Origin: an uncultured Spirochaetota bacterium
GTDB taxonomy: Bacteria > Spirochaetota > Brevinematia > Brevinematales > JAOACQ01
Direction of reading: 5' to 3'
NCBI GenBank assembly: GCA_963835575.1
Contig: CAWIGG010000004.1
Coordinates: forward strand, 576,001-640,000
DNA: 64,000 bases
The notes beneath the pieces were generated by a model. It ran no database searches. It was not told the origin of the DNA and saw only the letters and a program-made list of their open reading frames with translations. Position 1 is the first letter of the stretch; every line of letters begins with the position of its first letter. A program made the position numbers and the translations under genes. Shown piece after piece: positions 19,071 to 29,226 of this stretch.

Positions 19071-20489
19071 ATGAAAAGCAGAGGGCAAAAAACAATCCTC
19101 CTCGTTGAGGATGAAGCATATATCGGCATGGCTGAATCAATGGAATTGAAAGACTATGGATATGATGTTATCCATGTGCTGAATGGCCTGAAAGCGATTG
19201 ATGCTGTCAGAAATGATAAAACTGTCATTGATCTTATTCTCATGGACATAAACCTCGGTCATGGAATAGACGGCACTGAAACAGCTAATATAATACTTAA
19301 AGAACACGATATCCCTGTTCTATTCCTTTCAAGCCATACAGAACGTGAAATTGTGGATAAAACAGTGGACATAACTTCCTATGGATATGTTGTTAAGGAT
19401 TCAGGTATTACCGTACTTGACGCCTCAATTAAAATGGCATTTAAACTTCATGAATCTTATCTGAAGTTAAAAAATCAGAAGGCTGAAATTGCAGGCAAAG
19501 AGAAAGAACTGCGGTTTTATGAAAAACGGTACCGCAGGCTTTTTGAGTCCGCCAGAGACGGGATATTGATCCTTAACGCCGATACCGGAATGATTGTTGA
19601 CGTTAATCCATATTTAATTGAAATGCTGGGTTATTCCAAAGAACAGTTTATTAAAAAAAATATCTGGGATATCGGTGCTTTCAAAAATATTGATTATTCA
19701 AAGCAATTGTTTAAGGAATTACAGGATAAAGAGTATGTCCGCTATGAGGATTTGCCTCTGGAAACCTATGATGGCAAACTGGTACATGTTGAATTTGTGA
19801 GCAATGTTTATTTAGTCGACAAAGAAAAGGTTATTCAATGCAATATTCGTGATATCACAAAACGAGTGAAATATGAAAAAACACTCACCAATAATATTGA
19901 TGAAAAGGAAGCTCTATTTAAAGAATTACAGCACCGGACGAAAAACAGTTTTAATATGATAACGAGTTTAATCAATCTCAGATCCAGCGCCGCCGATTCA
20001 AAAGAAACAAAAAACACACTCAGGGAACTGACTTTAAGAGTAAATTCAATTTCCGATCTCTATTCATTATTATATGAAACCGGTTCAATTAATGAGGTCC
20101 GGCTTAAGACATATTGTAAAAAAGTAATCGAATCAACGGTTAAACTTTCGGAAAATATTGCGATAAATAAAACTATTGAAGAAATTACCGTTTCCGCCAA
20201 AGACGCTGCTACCATCGGTATGATCCTTGTCGAACTATTATCCAATTCGATTAAATACGCGTTTCCCAAATCCCGGAAAGGAACAATCGATATTGAACTG
20301 AAAAAAATAAAATCTAAAATAATGTTATCTGTCGTGGATAACGGTGTCGGTTTACCAAAGGATTTCGATATCGATAATACTAAAACCCTCGGGCTTCATC
20401 TGGTAAATTTAATGGCCAGCCAGCTTAATGGAAGTATGAAGTTCATTTCGGAAAAAGGGACGAAAATCATTGTTGAATGTAAGTTATGA
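19071..20489 (+). CDS. Hybrid sensor: receiver + PAS + HisKA_2-type histidine kinase
   Basis: LLVEDE/LMDINL receiver, ELQHRTKN, and ELLSNSIKYAF/DNGVG ATPase boxes. Confidence 0.9.
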   Translation: MKSRGQKTILLVEDEAYIGMAESMELKDYGYDVIHVLNGLKAIDAVRNDKTVIDLILMDINLGHGIDGTETANIILKEHDIPVLFLSSHTEREIVDKTVDITSYGYVVKDSGITVLDASIKMAFKLHESYLKLKNQKAEIAGKEKELRFYEKRYRRLFESARDGILILNADTGMIVDVNPYLIEMLGYSKEQFIKKNIWDIGAFKNIDYSKQLFKELQDKEYVRYEDLPLETYDGKLVHVEFVSNVYLVDKEKVIQCNIRDITKRVKYEKTLTNNIDEKEALFKELQHRTKNSFNMITSLINLRSSAADSKETKNTLRELTLRVNSISDLYSLLYETGSINEVRLKTYCKKVIESTVKLSENIAINKTIEEITVSAKDAATIGMILVELLSNSIKYAFPKSRKGTIDIELKKIKSKIMLSVVDNGVGLPKDFDIDNTKTLGLHLVNLMASQLNGSMKFISEKGTKIIVECKL

Positions 20490-20562
20490 AATACCTGCCT
20501 GACTTTGTGCCCGGACACCGAGCATAGGTGTCATTTCCACTACCAGGTATAAAAGACGGGGT

Positions 20563-20590
20563 TTAGCCACAGTCACAGAAGGACACAGAG
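20563..20590 (+). repeat. Periodic repeat, left arm (CCACAG type); inverted partner at 28991-29020
   Basis: ttagccacagtcacagaaggacacagag versus the partner's reverse complement ttaaccacagagttcactgaaggcacggag. Confidence 0.65.
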
Positions 20591-20656
20591 TTTATATTTA
20601 TAAATCAATGCCTTAAAGAATGATTAAAAACTCAAATAATGCTACTTGATTGTACT

Positions 20657-20705
20657 GATCCGATTCTGCACGCGGATGACGCGGATTATTCGGATTCGCG
20701 CGGAT
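20657..20705 (+). repeat. Left terminal inverted repeat L1 (CGGAT, 9-10-bp period)
   Basis: 40/49 identity to the reverse complement of 29088-29136. Confidence 0.85.
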
Positions 20706-20706
20706 C

Positions 20707-20856
20707 GGCTGATTGCTTCCGTTATCATAAAGTCAGCGCATCAGATTTTTTTTAAAAATAACGGTCTTGACAGTAAAACATTAATTTTTAAAATGATTGT
20801 AATAAATTTCGTATATTTTATAAAAAACGAAATGTTTTTTTTTGGAGTTAGCTGCC
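20707..20856 (+). promoter_or_regulatory. Recurring promoter module, copy 1
   Basis: TTGACA(20767)-N16-TAAAAT; colinear with 23060-23175 and with the reverse complement of 53800-53905. Confidence 0.7.
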
Positions 20857-20959
20857 AAACCCATTTTTATATCTTAAATCATTAATAAACGATTCTTGAT
20901 TTCTCCTCAGTTATATTATAGAATTAACTAAAATTATTAAAGGATTTTTCGTACCTGAA

Positions 20960-22355
20960 GAGTTTTTGTCAAATGTTGTGTATGACATACCCTCTCATTT
21001 TTTTATGCTGCCTTTTTTACAAGCTCTCCGTTCTCAAAAACAGCGCCTTCCAATACAAGGCTAATCTTTTCATAACCTCTTAATTTTCTCCATCGCCTGG
21101 ATGCCTTATCCAGTAATTTATAGACCATTATTAGAATCGTTTCCCTGGTTCCGCAGCCTCTCATCTTTTTAGTTCTTAATCGAACTGTAGAGAAGGTAGA
21201 TTCTATTACGTTTGTCGTACGGATATGTACCCAATGTTCCGCCGGACAGTTATAAAATTCGATCATAAGCTCCCAATCCTTTTCTAAACATTCGACAGCT
21301 GCTGGATATTTAGGATTAAAAACCGCCTGGAATAATTCAAAAGCTTTGATAGCATTATCCTTATCAGGAGCATTGCATATCTCATGAAGCATCTCTTTTG
21401 CCTTTGACTGTAATACTTTGGGCAGCTTGTTTAGAATGTTCTTTATCTTATGAACCCAGCATCTCTGCCATCTGGATTCAGGATATACTTCTTTGGCTGC
21501 TTTCCAGAATCCAAGGCTTCCGTCTCCGATAAAAAGAATAGGACCTTTCAAACCTTTTTCTTTTAGGTTTCTTAATATCCCTAACCAAGTCTCGGAATTC
21601 TCTCTGTAACCTTCTTCAACAAGAATAATCTCCTTTTCACCATTCTCATTGGCTCCGATCATTACAAGAGTGCATAAACGGTCTTCGCTGCCCTGTACAT
21701 TGAAGTAAATGCCGTCAACCCATATATAGCAATACTTTTTATCGCTTAAATCGGATGTCCGCCACTCATCATATTCTTTACCCCATCCTTGTTTCATTCT
21801 GCTTATACTTGAGGCTGATAATCCTTTCGCTTCTTCACCAAGCAATCCTCTCAAGGCATTCTCCATATCCATCTCTGAGACTCCATAGAGATACAACAAT
21901 GGAATGGCTTCCTCAATTCTCAGGCTTTTTCTCATATACGGCGGTACTATTAGGCTTTGAAAATTGTCGCCTCCGAGTCGGTTCCTTGTTCTCGGAATAC
22001 ATACATCAATAGCCCCTCCACCAATGAGAATCTGACGGGCTTTATGATACCCATTTCTTACTATTGCCTTTCTCCCGTCTTCGATAGTTAAATGCTCTCT
22101 CTCCTGAAGAAACCCATTAATTTCATCTTCCAGAGCCTTCTTGATTATTTCCCTGGCCCCGATCCTTGCCAATTCTTCAAGACATAAAAATTCTACTGTT
22201 TCATCTTGATTAAAAGCCTGTAAGAGCTTAAAATCTTCGTTGTGCTTCGGCATATGGCGTATTCCTCCTTTTGTTTATTGTCGTAAATAAATTATAGAGG
22301 GTACGCCATCTTTTTTATAATATTTATTCCTATACACAACTTTCTATTATAACTC
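20960..22355 (-). mobile_element. IS256-family element, 1396 bp, copy 1
   Basis: Imperfect IRs beginning GAGTT; 8-bp TSD TACCTGAA at 20952-20959 and 22356-22363. Confidence 0.95.
21003..22253 (-). CDS. IS256-family (mutator-type) transposase
   Basis: RNGY, YIWVDGIY, IGDG, WQRCWVH and RTTNVIES motifs; protein identical to 24923..26173. Confidence 0.96.
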   Translation of the reverse strand: MPKHNEDFKLLQAFNQDETVEFLCLEELARIGAREIIKKALEDEINGFLQEREHLTIEDGRKAIVRNGYHKARQILIGGGAIDVCIPRTRNRLGGDNFQSLIVPPYMRKSLRIEEAIPLLYLYGVSEMDMENALRGLLGEEAKGLSASSISRMKQGWGKEYDEWRTSDLSDKKYCYIWVDGIYFNVQGSEDRLCTLVMIGANENGEKEIILVEEGYRENSETWLGILRNLKEKGLKGPILFIGDGSLGFWKAAKEVYPESRWQRCWVHKIKNILNKLPKVLQSKAKEMLHEICNAPDKDNAIKAFELFQAVFNPKYPAAVECLEKDWELMIEFYNCPAEHWVHIRTTNVIESTFSTVRLRTKKMRGCGTRETILIMVYKLLDKASRRWRKLRGYEKISLVLEGAVFENGELVKKAA

Positions 22356-22656
22356 TACCTGAAAGAGATTATATTATATTCATTAATGAAGTCACTCGTT
22401 TGTATATCTATTTTAATTATAATAGAACTGAATTATTGAATTTTGTTGTTAAATTAGAGATAATATATTTAAATAAATGGACTGAGATTGAACGTTATGA
22501 CTGCTATCATGACATTGTCCATAAGGACATTTTAAATAAAAAAGGGAAGAAAATTAAATCCATTCGTTTTCCTCTGGTTGATAGAAAAGCAGGTGTTAAT
22601 TTTGCCGTTAATGATTTTAGAGAAAATTTTGAATTGTATGTCTGGAGGTTCTTAAA

Positions 22657-22830
22657 ATGAAAAAAAATAAAAGAACTGAAGTCGAACAGGTCATAGAATA
22701 TCTTGAAAAAGAGGGATTCAGAGAAATCAAGCCTGAAGAACGAAACCTGCCGGAATTTCGAGATTCCATAAAAGAAACCCGCAAATTAATTAAAGAAATG
22801 AATTCTAAAAAAAAGAAAGTTAAAATATAA
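22657..22830 (+). CDS. 57-aa charged protein, putative antitoxin (below the ORF-track cutoff)
   Basis: MKKNKRTEVEQVIEYLEKEGFREIKPEERNLPEFRDSIKETRKLIKEMNSKKKKVKI; GGAGG RBS and ATGA overlap with the upstream gene. Confidence 0.65.
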   Translation: MKKNKRTEVEQVIEYLEKEGFREIKPEERNLPEFRDSIKETRKLIKEMNSKKKKVKI

Positions 22831-23008
22831 ATCTGCGTTTAAACAATTTTTCTAATTGGTTCCGGGCACGGCATCTTATACGACGTTTGACGCTGTGCTC
22901 CCCGGCCTTCGCAAAGCCGCGGCCTGCGGCGCTCGTGTTCGCCCTGCCGCGGGTAGGCAGGAAATTATTATATTCACAAGCCTTTTTAACTAAAACATAA
23001 GCATGTTC

Positions 23009-23175
23009 TAATATCCGATTGTTCACGCGGATCAGCACGGATAGGACGGATTTGCGCAGAGCAGCCTGATTGTTTCCAGCATTATAAAGTCAACACATCA
23101 GATTTTTAAAAAAATACCGGTCTTGACAGTAAAGTATTGCTTTATTAAGATGAATGAAATAAATTTCATATATAA
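23009..23175 (+). promoter_or_regulatory. Left repeat L2 (23009-23057) plus promoter module copy 2
   Basis: CGGAT periodic repeat followed by TTGACA(23123)-N17-TAAGAT; GAGGAG RBS before ATG 23202. Confidence 0.75.
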
Positions 23176-24820
23176 AGAGTTGAATAAAGAGGAGATTAAT
23201 TATGAATAAGACAAATCAGGCTGTTATTAAAATAGATCTGTGTGGTTCTAAAAAATATTACGAAAAAAACAAATATTCCGAACCAAATATTACTCAAATA
23301 ACTTTAGATAAACTTTTATCCGTTGTTAAAGAAATATTTCCATATTCAAATTTAGATTTTCCAAAAGGTAGTTTATATGCAAGGCAAGGTGATTGTGTTT
23401 ATATAATTTTAGATAAAGCCACAATTGCATTACGATCATCAATAGAGTTTATGAAAAAATGGTTTAGTATTTTACCAAGTTTACCAGATTGTAGAGCAAT
23501 AATTGATTATGGTGAAATATCAATTGATGATAGTAGACCTAGAATTGAACTTATTTCAGAATGTTTTGAGAACATTAGTGTAATAGAAAAATCTTACGGC
23601 GCTGGAGAAATTGGTGTCACGGAGGCATTAAAAAATAATTCCGATAATACATTAGTCCAATTTATTAAAAAAAAGAAAATTGATATAACAGAAGGTAGAT
23701 TTGTTAATGTTTTTCAAGCCAATTATGAAGACCCTCGATTATTTCAAGATAGTAGTTTAATTCATTCATTATTCGTGGCTTCATCGGACACAAGTAATGC
23801 AAGAGAAATGGCTATTGAAGCCCTAATTCTCGAATGTTTAATTGAAAGAATCAACAAACCGATTTCATTAATAGATTTAAATTACTGGTTAAAATATAAA
23901 AATTGCCCTCAAATTGATCAATTATTAATAGATGGTATTATACAAAAATCAAAGTACATATCGAAAGATAAGGAAAATAACATTGTTTTTAAAAGTTCAG
24001 ATACAATTAAGGAGTTAAATGTTATTAAAGAAGATTTTGAAGCACAACGTGATGATACTATTAAAAAAATAGCTTTATATTTAAGCGATGGTTTGGGTTT
24101 GGACACCTCGATAGTGAATAAAGAATTAAACTTGACTGATCTTGTTGAGAAATATTTATGCGCTGTATTTTTAGAAATTCGTTTTATGGCAAATTACTTC
24201 AAATCCACACAACTATTGTTTGAAAAATTATCTTCTGATGAAGATTTTGATTATATAATAAAATCGCATTTATCAAATAGTAATTCCATAGGTATAGAGC
24301 AATTTGCATTATTAAAGAAATTATTTCTTGATGCATTGACAAATGTAGCAACAAAAAACAATAAATATATTGCATCAATATTCCATAATATACTTATGAT
24401 ATATTATTTAAACCGCAGTGAAAAATATATCCACTCTCAATTAGAAATAATGAAACAAAAGGAAATTTATATTGATACAAATGTTCTTTATTCAATAAAA
24501 TGTAAATATAGTCAATATCATGATATGCTGACATATATAATTGATAATTTAAACAGACTTGGAGCTCAGATATTTGTTTTTGAAAAAAGTGTGGCTGAAT
24601 ATAATGATTCATTAACTACAACTTTTAAAAAATATAAAAATGATACACTCAATTTTTTACATCAAGAGAAAAAACCTTGGATATGGTATGAATATGAAAA
24701 TAATATTAATTCATACCAAAATAGTTTTGAATATTGCATTTCTTTGCATCATATACCAATAAATACAAATAATTCAATTGATGATAGTTTCGAAGAAGCC
24801 AGAAAAGAATTATCTCAAAG

Positions 24821-26216
24821 GAGTTATAATAGAAAGTTGTGTATAGGAATAAATATTATAAAAAAGATGGCGTACCCTCTATAATTTATTTACGACAATA
24901 AACAAAAGGAGGAATACGCCATATGCCGAAGCACAACGAAGATTTTAAGCTCTTACAGGCTTTTAATCAAGATGAAACAGTAGAATTTTTATGTCTTGAA
25001 GAATTGGCAAGGATCGGGGCCAGGGAAATAATCAAGAAGGCTCTGGAAGATGAAATTAATGGGTTTCTTCAGGAGAGAGAGCATTTAACTATCGAAGACG
25101 GGAGAAAGGCAATAGTAAGAAATGGGTATCATAAAGCCCGTCAGATTCTCATTGGTGGAGGGGCTATTGATGTATGTATTCCGAGAACAAGGAACCGACT
25201 CGGAGGCGACAATTTTCAAAGCCTAATAGTACCGCCGTATATGAGAAAAAGCCTGAGAATTGAGGAAGCCATTCCATTGTTGTATCTCTATGGAGTCTCA
25301 GAGATGGATATGGAGAATGCCTTGAGAGGATTGCTTGGTGAAGAAGCGAAAGGATTATCAGCCTCAAGTATAAGCAGAATGAAACAAGGATGGGGTAAAG
25401 AATATGATGAGTGGCGGACATCCGATTTAAGCGATAAAAAGTATTGCTATATATGGGTTGACGGCATTTACTTCAATGTACAGGGCAGCGAAGACCGTTT
25501 ATGCACTCTTGTAATGATCGGAGCCAATGAGAATGGTGAAAAGGAGATTATTCTTGTTGAAGAAGGTTACAGAGAGAATTCCGAGACTTGGTTAGGGATA
25601 TTAAGAAACCTAAAAGAAAAAGGTTTGAAAGGTCCTATTCTTTTTATCGGAGACGGAAGCCTTGGATTCTGGAAAGCAGCCAAAGAAGTATATCCTGAAT
25701 CCAGATGGCAGAGATGCTGGGTTCATAAGATAAAGAACATTCTAAACAAGCTGCCCAAAGTATTACAGTCAAAGGCAAAAGAGATGCTTCATGAGATATG
25801 CAATGCTCCTGATAAGGATAATGCTATCAAAGCTTTTGAATTATTCCAGGCGGTTTTTAATCCTAAATATCCAGCAGCTGTCGAATGTTTAGAAAAGGAT
25901 TGGGAGCTTATGATCGAATTTTATAACTGTCCGGCGGAACATTGGGTACATATCCGTACGACAAACGTAATAGAATCTACCTTCTCTACAGTTCGATTAA
26001 GAACTAAAAAGATGAGAGGCTGCGGAACCAGGGAAACGATTCTAATAATGGTCTATAAATTACTGGATAAGGCATCCAGGCGATGGAGAAAATTAAGAGG
26101 TTATGAAAAGATTAGCCTTGTATTGGAAGGCGCTGTTTTTGAGAACGGAGAGCTTGTAAAAAAGGCAGCATAAAAAAATGAGAGGGTATGTCATACACAA
26201 CATTTGACAAAAACTC
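24821..26216 (+). mobile_element. IS256-family element, 1396 bp, copy 2
   Basis: 9-bp TSD ATCTCAAAG at 24812-24820 and 26217-26225; inverted copy of 20960-22355. Confidence 0.95.
24923..26173 (+). CDS. IS256-family transposase
   Basis: Same protein as 21003..22253. Confidence 0.96.
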   Translation: MPKHNEDFKLLQAFNQDETVEFLCLEELARIGAREIIKKALEDEINGFLQEREHLTIEDGRKAIVRNGYHKARQILIGGGAIDVCIPRTRNRLGGDNFQSLIVPPYMRKSLRIEEAIPLLYLYGVSEMDMENALRGLLGEEAKGLSASSISRMKQGWGKEYDEWRTSDLSDKKYCYIWVDGIYFNVQGSEDRLCTLVMIGANENGEKEIILVEEGYRENSETWLGILRNLKEKGLKGPILFIGDGSLGFWKAAKEVYPESRWQRCWVHKIKNILNKLPKVLQSKAKEMLHEICNAPDKDNAIKAFELFQAVFNPKYPAAVECLEKDWELMIEFYNCPAEHWVHIRTTNVIESTFSTVRLRTKKMRGCGTRETILIMVYKLLDKASRRWRKLRGYEKISLVLEGAVFENGELVKKAA

Positions 26217-27015
26217 ATCTCAAAGTAAAATACATTTAGTAAAATTAGAACCTTATTTAGATGAAAATTCCTTAAAGAATGTATTCAACTTAGTTTATAA
26301 TGCTAAGAAAGATTATAAATCTGAATTTGACCTCTATGGTGTTCCATATGATTCGGAATTTTATAAAATGAAGGTTTTACATGACTCAAATTGTTTATAT
26401 AAATTGAAATCAAAAGCGTCAAACCCCTTTGAAGCCAAACAATTATTTGTCACATGTGATTATCATTTAACTAAGGTCCGAAAAATTGAAAGAAATGAAT
26501 ATGAATTTTTAGTAGCAATAACTGAATTCTACGAATTTATATTACCTTATTTATTTCTATCAGATTCTGTAACTGCAAATCCAATCGAGATGCCTAATTT
26601 TTTATTAGCATCTGCACTTTCTATTGATCTATCAAATATTTTAGATTTAGACTCAATGATTGGTAGATATTTAATTCACGATAAAAATATTAACCAAAGA
26701 CATGAAATAATATCGAAATTAAAAGAAACAGAAAGATTTAATTCAATAAAGAAAAAACATGAAACTTTATTTAAACAAAAAAATGATGTAATTACAAAAG
26801 AAGAAATTAGTGATTTCATTTTTGAAGTTAATAATTTATCAAAAGATTATAAACAAGAAGTAAAAAATCAACTTGTAAAAAACATTACACAAAAAACAAT
26901 TTTTGATAAAGATAGTCAGATTTCTCAGCTAAAAGAAGTAAATGAAGCTTTACTTCTTGAACTTGAAAAATATAAGAAAAAAGAAAAAGGTACTAATTAT
27001 TACTTTAAGATGATG

Positions 27016-28690
27016 TTGCCTGTCGGTTTTTATAACATGCTTCATGGACATACGGCAGGGTTCCCGTTAAAATAAAACGGGAGAAAAAGATGGCAAGATT
27101 TGAAAAGAACAGCCTGGAGCAGGGTGAGTTCCTCGCGATCAATATAGGCGAGCAGTTTGATGAGAATTCCAGAGAATTTATACTAAAAGAATTCATCAAA
27201 AACCGTATTAAACTGGAGGATTTCGCGGCTTACTATAAGAACGACCATAGAGGCAGAGAGATTAAAAATCCTCGGGATGTGATCTGTGCGGTACTCTACG
27301 GTTACATTACGGGAAATCGTATCAGCCGAAAGATAGAAGATTTGCTGAAAAAACACATTGGGTTTATGTATGTTTCAAACCGGCTGAAAATTGACCATTC
27401 GGTAATTTGCGAGTTCAAGGTACTTTTTCAGGAAAAGATCGAGGAGTTGTTCAGCCAGCTTTTATATATACTCAACGAAATGGGGTCTATAGATTGGGAC
27501 ATGGTAGTGGGTGACGGCACAAAGATCAAGGCCTACGCGAGTAAGAATAAGAATGTGGGAAAGAAACATACCCGGAAGCTGATGGACACTTACCAGAAGA
27601 TGGCGGAAAAGATTGTGAAACAAGACCTGGAACTGGAAGAATCTTACCGGGAAGGCAAGCTGGAGCAGCCTTATTACGAAGCGGAGAAGAAGCGGGTATC
27701 AAGGCGGAAAAAGATTTACGATAGTGTTTTGAACCAAATCGATGAATACAAAAAACAGGTAGAGAGAGGGGAAAAGACAGACGAAGAATTCACCAACCTG
27801 ACTGATCCCGAAAGCAAGCTGATGTCTGGAAATCCGCATAGTGTGTTTATACAGGGATATAATTCGGCGATGATGGTCAGTAATAATGATGTGATTATAG
27901 ATTTTGAAGCAATCACAACACCGGAAAAACAGCATACGGAAGAAATGGTAAAGAGGGTGGAACAGAAAAAAGCGGAATTAAAAGTTGATAAGGCTAGCAA
28001 ATACCTTTTTGATTCGGGTTTTCAGGACATGGAAGAGACAATCCGGATGGTGGAGGAAGGAAAAGACCTTTATGTGGATACGAAAGAGCGGGATTTCAGT
28101 GATAAATCACAGAAGCGAAGAGACTTTAAACTGGAAAAGATTGATGACGAATATATCCTGGGATGCCGGGGCGGCCGTAAGGAAAATGGGTATTTAGATC
28201 GAAATAACCAAAGATATACATTTTTGTATTCACGGAAGGGCTGTGAAAGATGTCCATTTTTCAGTGAGTGTTATAAAAACATCAAACCGAAAACACAGCA
28301 AAAGACAGTAATTTTCAGTGAGTTTGAATTGAATAATCGGTCTAAGATTGATGCTTATTTAACAAAACTTTACAGCGAAGAAGGGCAAAAGATATACAAC
28401 CGCAGGATAGGTAAAGAACACGTATTTTCAAACATCAAAACACAGAAGGGTTATGTTCAGACAGTTTACAGAGGTCAACGGAAAGTGAATTTGGAGCTAT
28501 GCTGGGTATCCCTTGCGCATAATTTTATGAAATATGCCCAATATTTGAGAAAATAGAGAGGATTTTGTATAGTCTGAGTATCGATTATTCGAAATTTATT
28601 ATTAAAATCAGCTAAGCTGACAAAATTTTTATTTGCCCGCTTATTGTAAGGGGCTGGTTTGACTCCGAAAATGAAATAACCGACAGGCAA
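27016..28690 (+). mobile_element. IS1182-family element, 1675 bp
   Basis: IRs TTGCCTGTCGGTT / AACCGACAGGCAA; 4-bp TSD GATG at 27012-27015 and 28691-28694. Confidence 0.9.
27090..28556 (+). CDS. IS1182-family DDE transposase
   Basis: SRKIE, DHSVICEF, DGTKIKAYAS, TDPESKLM, QGYN, FDSGF and EHVFSNIK motifs. Confidence 0.92.
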   Translation: MARFEKNSLEQGEFLAINIGEQFDENSREFILKEFIKNRIKLEDFAAYYKNDHRGREIKNPRDVICAVLYGYITGNRISRKIEDLLKKHIGFMYVSNRLKIDHSVICEFKVLFQEKIEELFSQLLYILNEMGSIDWDMVVGDGTKIKAYASKNKNVGKKHTRKLMDTYQKMAEKIVKQDLELEESYREGKLEQPYYEAEKKRVSRRKKIYDSVLNQIDEYKKQVERGEKTDEEFTNLTDPESKLMSGNPHSVFIQGYNSAMMVSNNDVIIDFEAITTPEKQHTEEMVKRVEQKKAELKVDKASKYLFDSGFQDMEETIRMVEEGKDLYVDTKERDFSDKSQKRRDFKLEKIDDEYILGCRGGRKENGYLDRNNQRYTFLYSRKGCERCPFFSECYKNIKPKTQQKTVIFSEFELNNRSKIDAYLTKLYSEEGQKIYNRRIGKEHVFSNIKTQKGYVQTVYRGQRKVNLELCWVSLAHNFMKYAQYLRK

Positions 28691-28868
28691 GATGGAAAAA
28701 AGAAATAAAAGAAATAAAAAATAATACACCATCTGTAGTTTTCCTTTAAAGCAAGTTTCGGCCCCTCACAGTAGATTCTTTTGTAGAACCTAATTTTTAA
28801 TGACGGCAATACGGCTTTGACACTTGCTTATAAAGCCGGAGCTAAATAAATTAGAAATGTCTTGCGAT

Positions 28869-29160
28869 AAATCCCGAACAATCCTGTTAATCCTGCAAAA
28901 TTGGGGTCAGTACAATAGTTTCAATCAAATAAAAAAGGACATTTGTATTAAAATATTTTGTCTATCGGTCGTAGCCTATATCTTCACCTCCTCCGTGCCT
29001 TCAGTGAACTCTGTGGTTAATTTAAAACGTATATCAGATATAACCCAGTCACGAATTGAACTAAAAAGCAGTTCGGCATAAAATAAAATCCGTGCAAATC
29101 CGCCTCATCCGTGTTATCCGTGTGCTGAATCGGATCGATACCATAGCTTCAATCAAAAAA
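28869..29160 (-). repeat. Cluster of three right-arm periodic repeats (28869-28929, 28991-29020, 29088-29160)
   Basis: Tandem aatcc units. The first and third arms share the tail GG-TC--TAC-ATAG-TTCAATCAAA. Confidence 0.8.
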
Positions 29161-29226
29161 ACAGTTTAAATCACATTTTACAAACCCCGATTAATTATAT
29201 ATAATAGACGGTATTGGAGATTTAAA

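Larger units (their letters stand above)
20951..22660 (+). pseudogene. Small RYDxxH-motif protein (putative toxin) interrupted near its 5' end by IS256
   Basis: Removing the IS and one TSD gives VPERDYIIFINEVTRLYIYF...EIERYDCYHDIVHKD...WRFLK. An AAGGA RBS precedes the GTA codon at 20951, and no ATG is present. Confidence 0.6.
23202..28724 (+). pseudogene. 812-aa class III nucleotidyl-cyclase-like + PIN-like protein, interrupted by IS256 and IS1182
   Basis: Joining 23202-24820, 26226-27015 and 28695-28724 gives 2439 nt in one open frame (junctions ELSQ/SKIHL and FKMM/EKRNKRNKK-stop). Confidence 0.85.

Noticed and set aside
20646..20885. Short ORFs over repeat arms (also 22820..23038 and 28824..29081)
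   Set aside because: They translate periodic repeats and promoter DNA, and lack an RBS and protein-like motifs.
20960..26216. Composite transposon formed by the two IS256 copies
   Set aside because: Each copy has its own matching TSD, and the outer flanks do not match each other.
26188..27075. Independent 295-aa gene
   Set aside because: Its start lies in the IS256 end and its tail in IS1182; the middle is part of the 812-aa interrupted gene.
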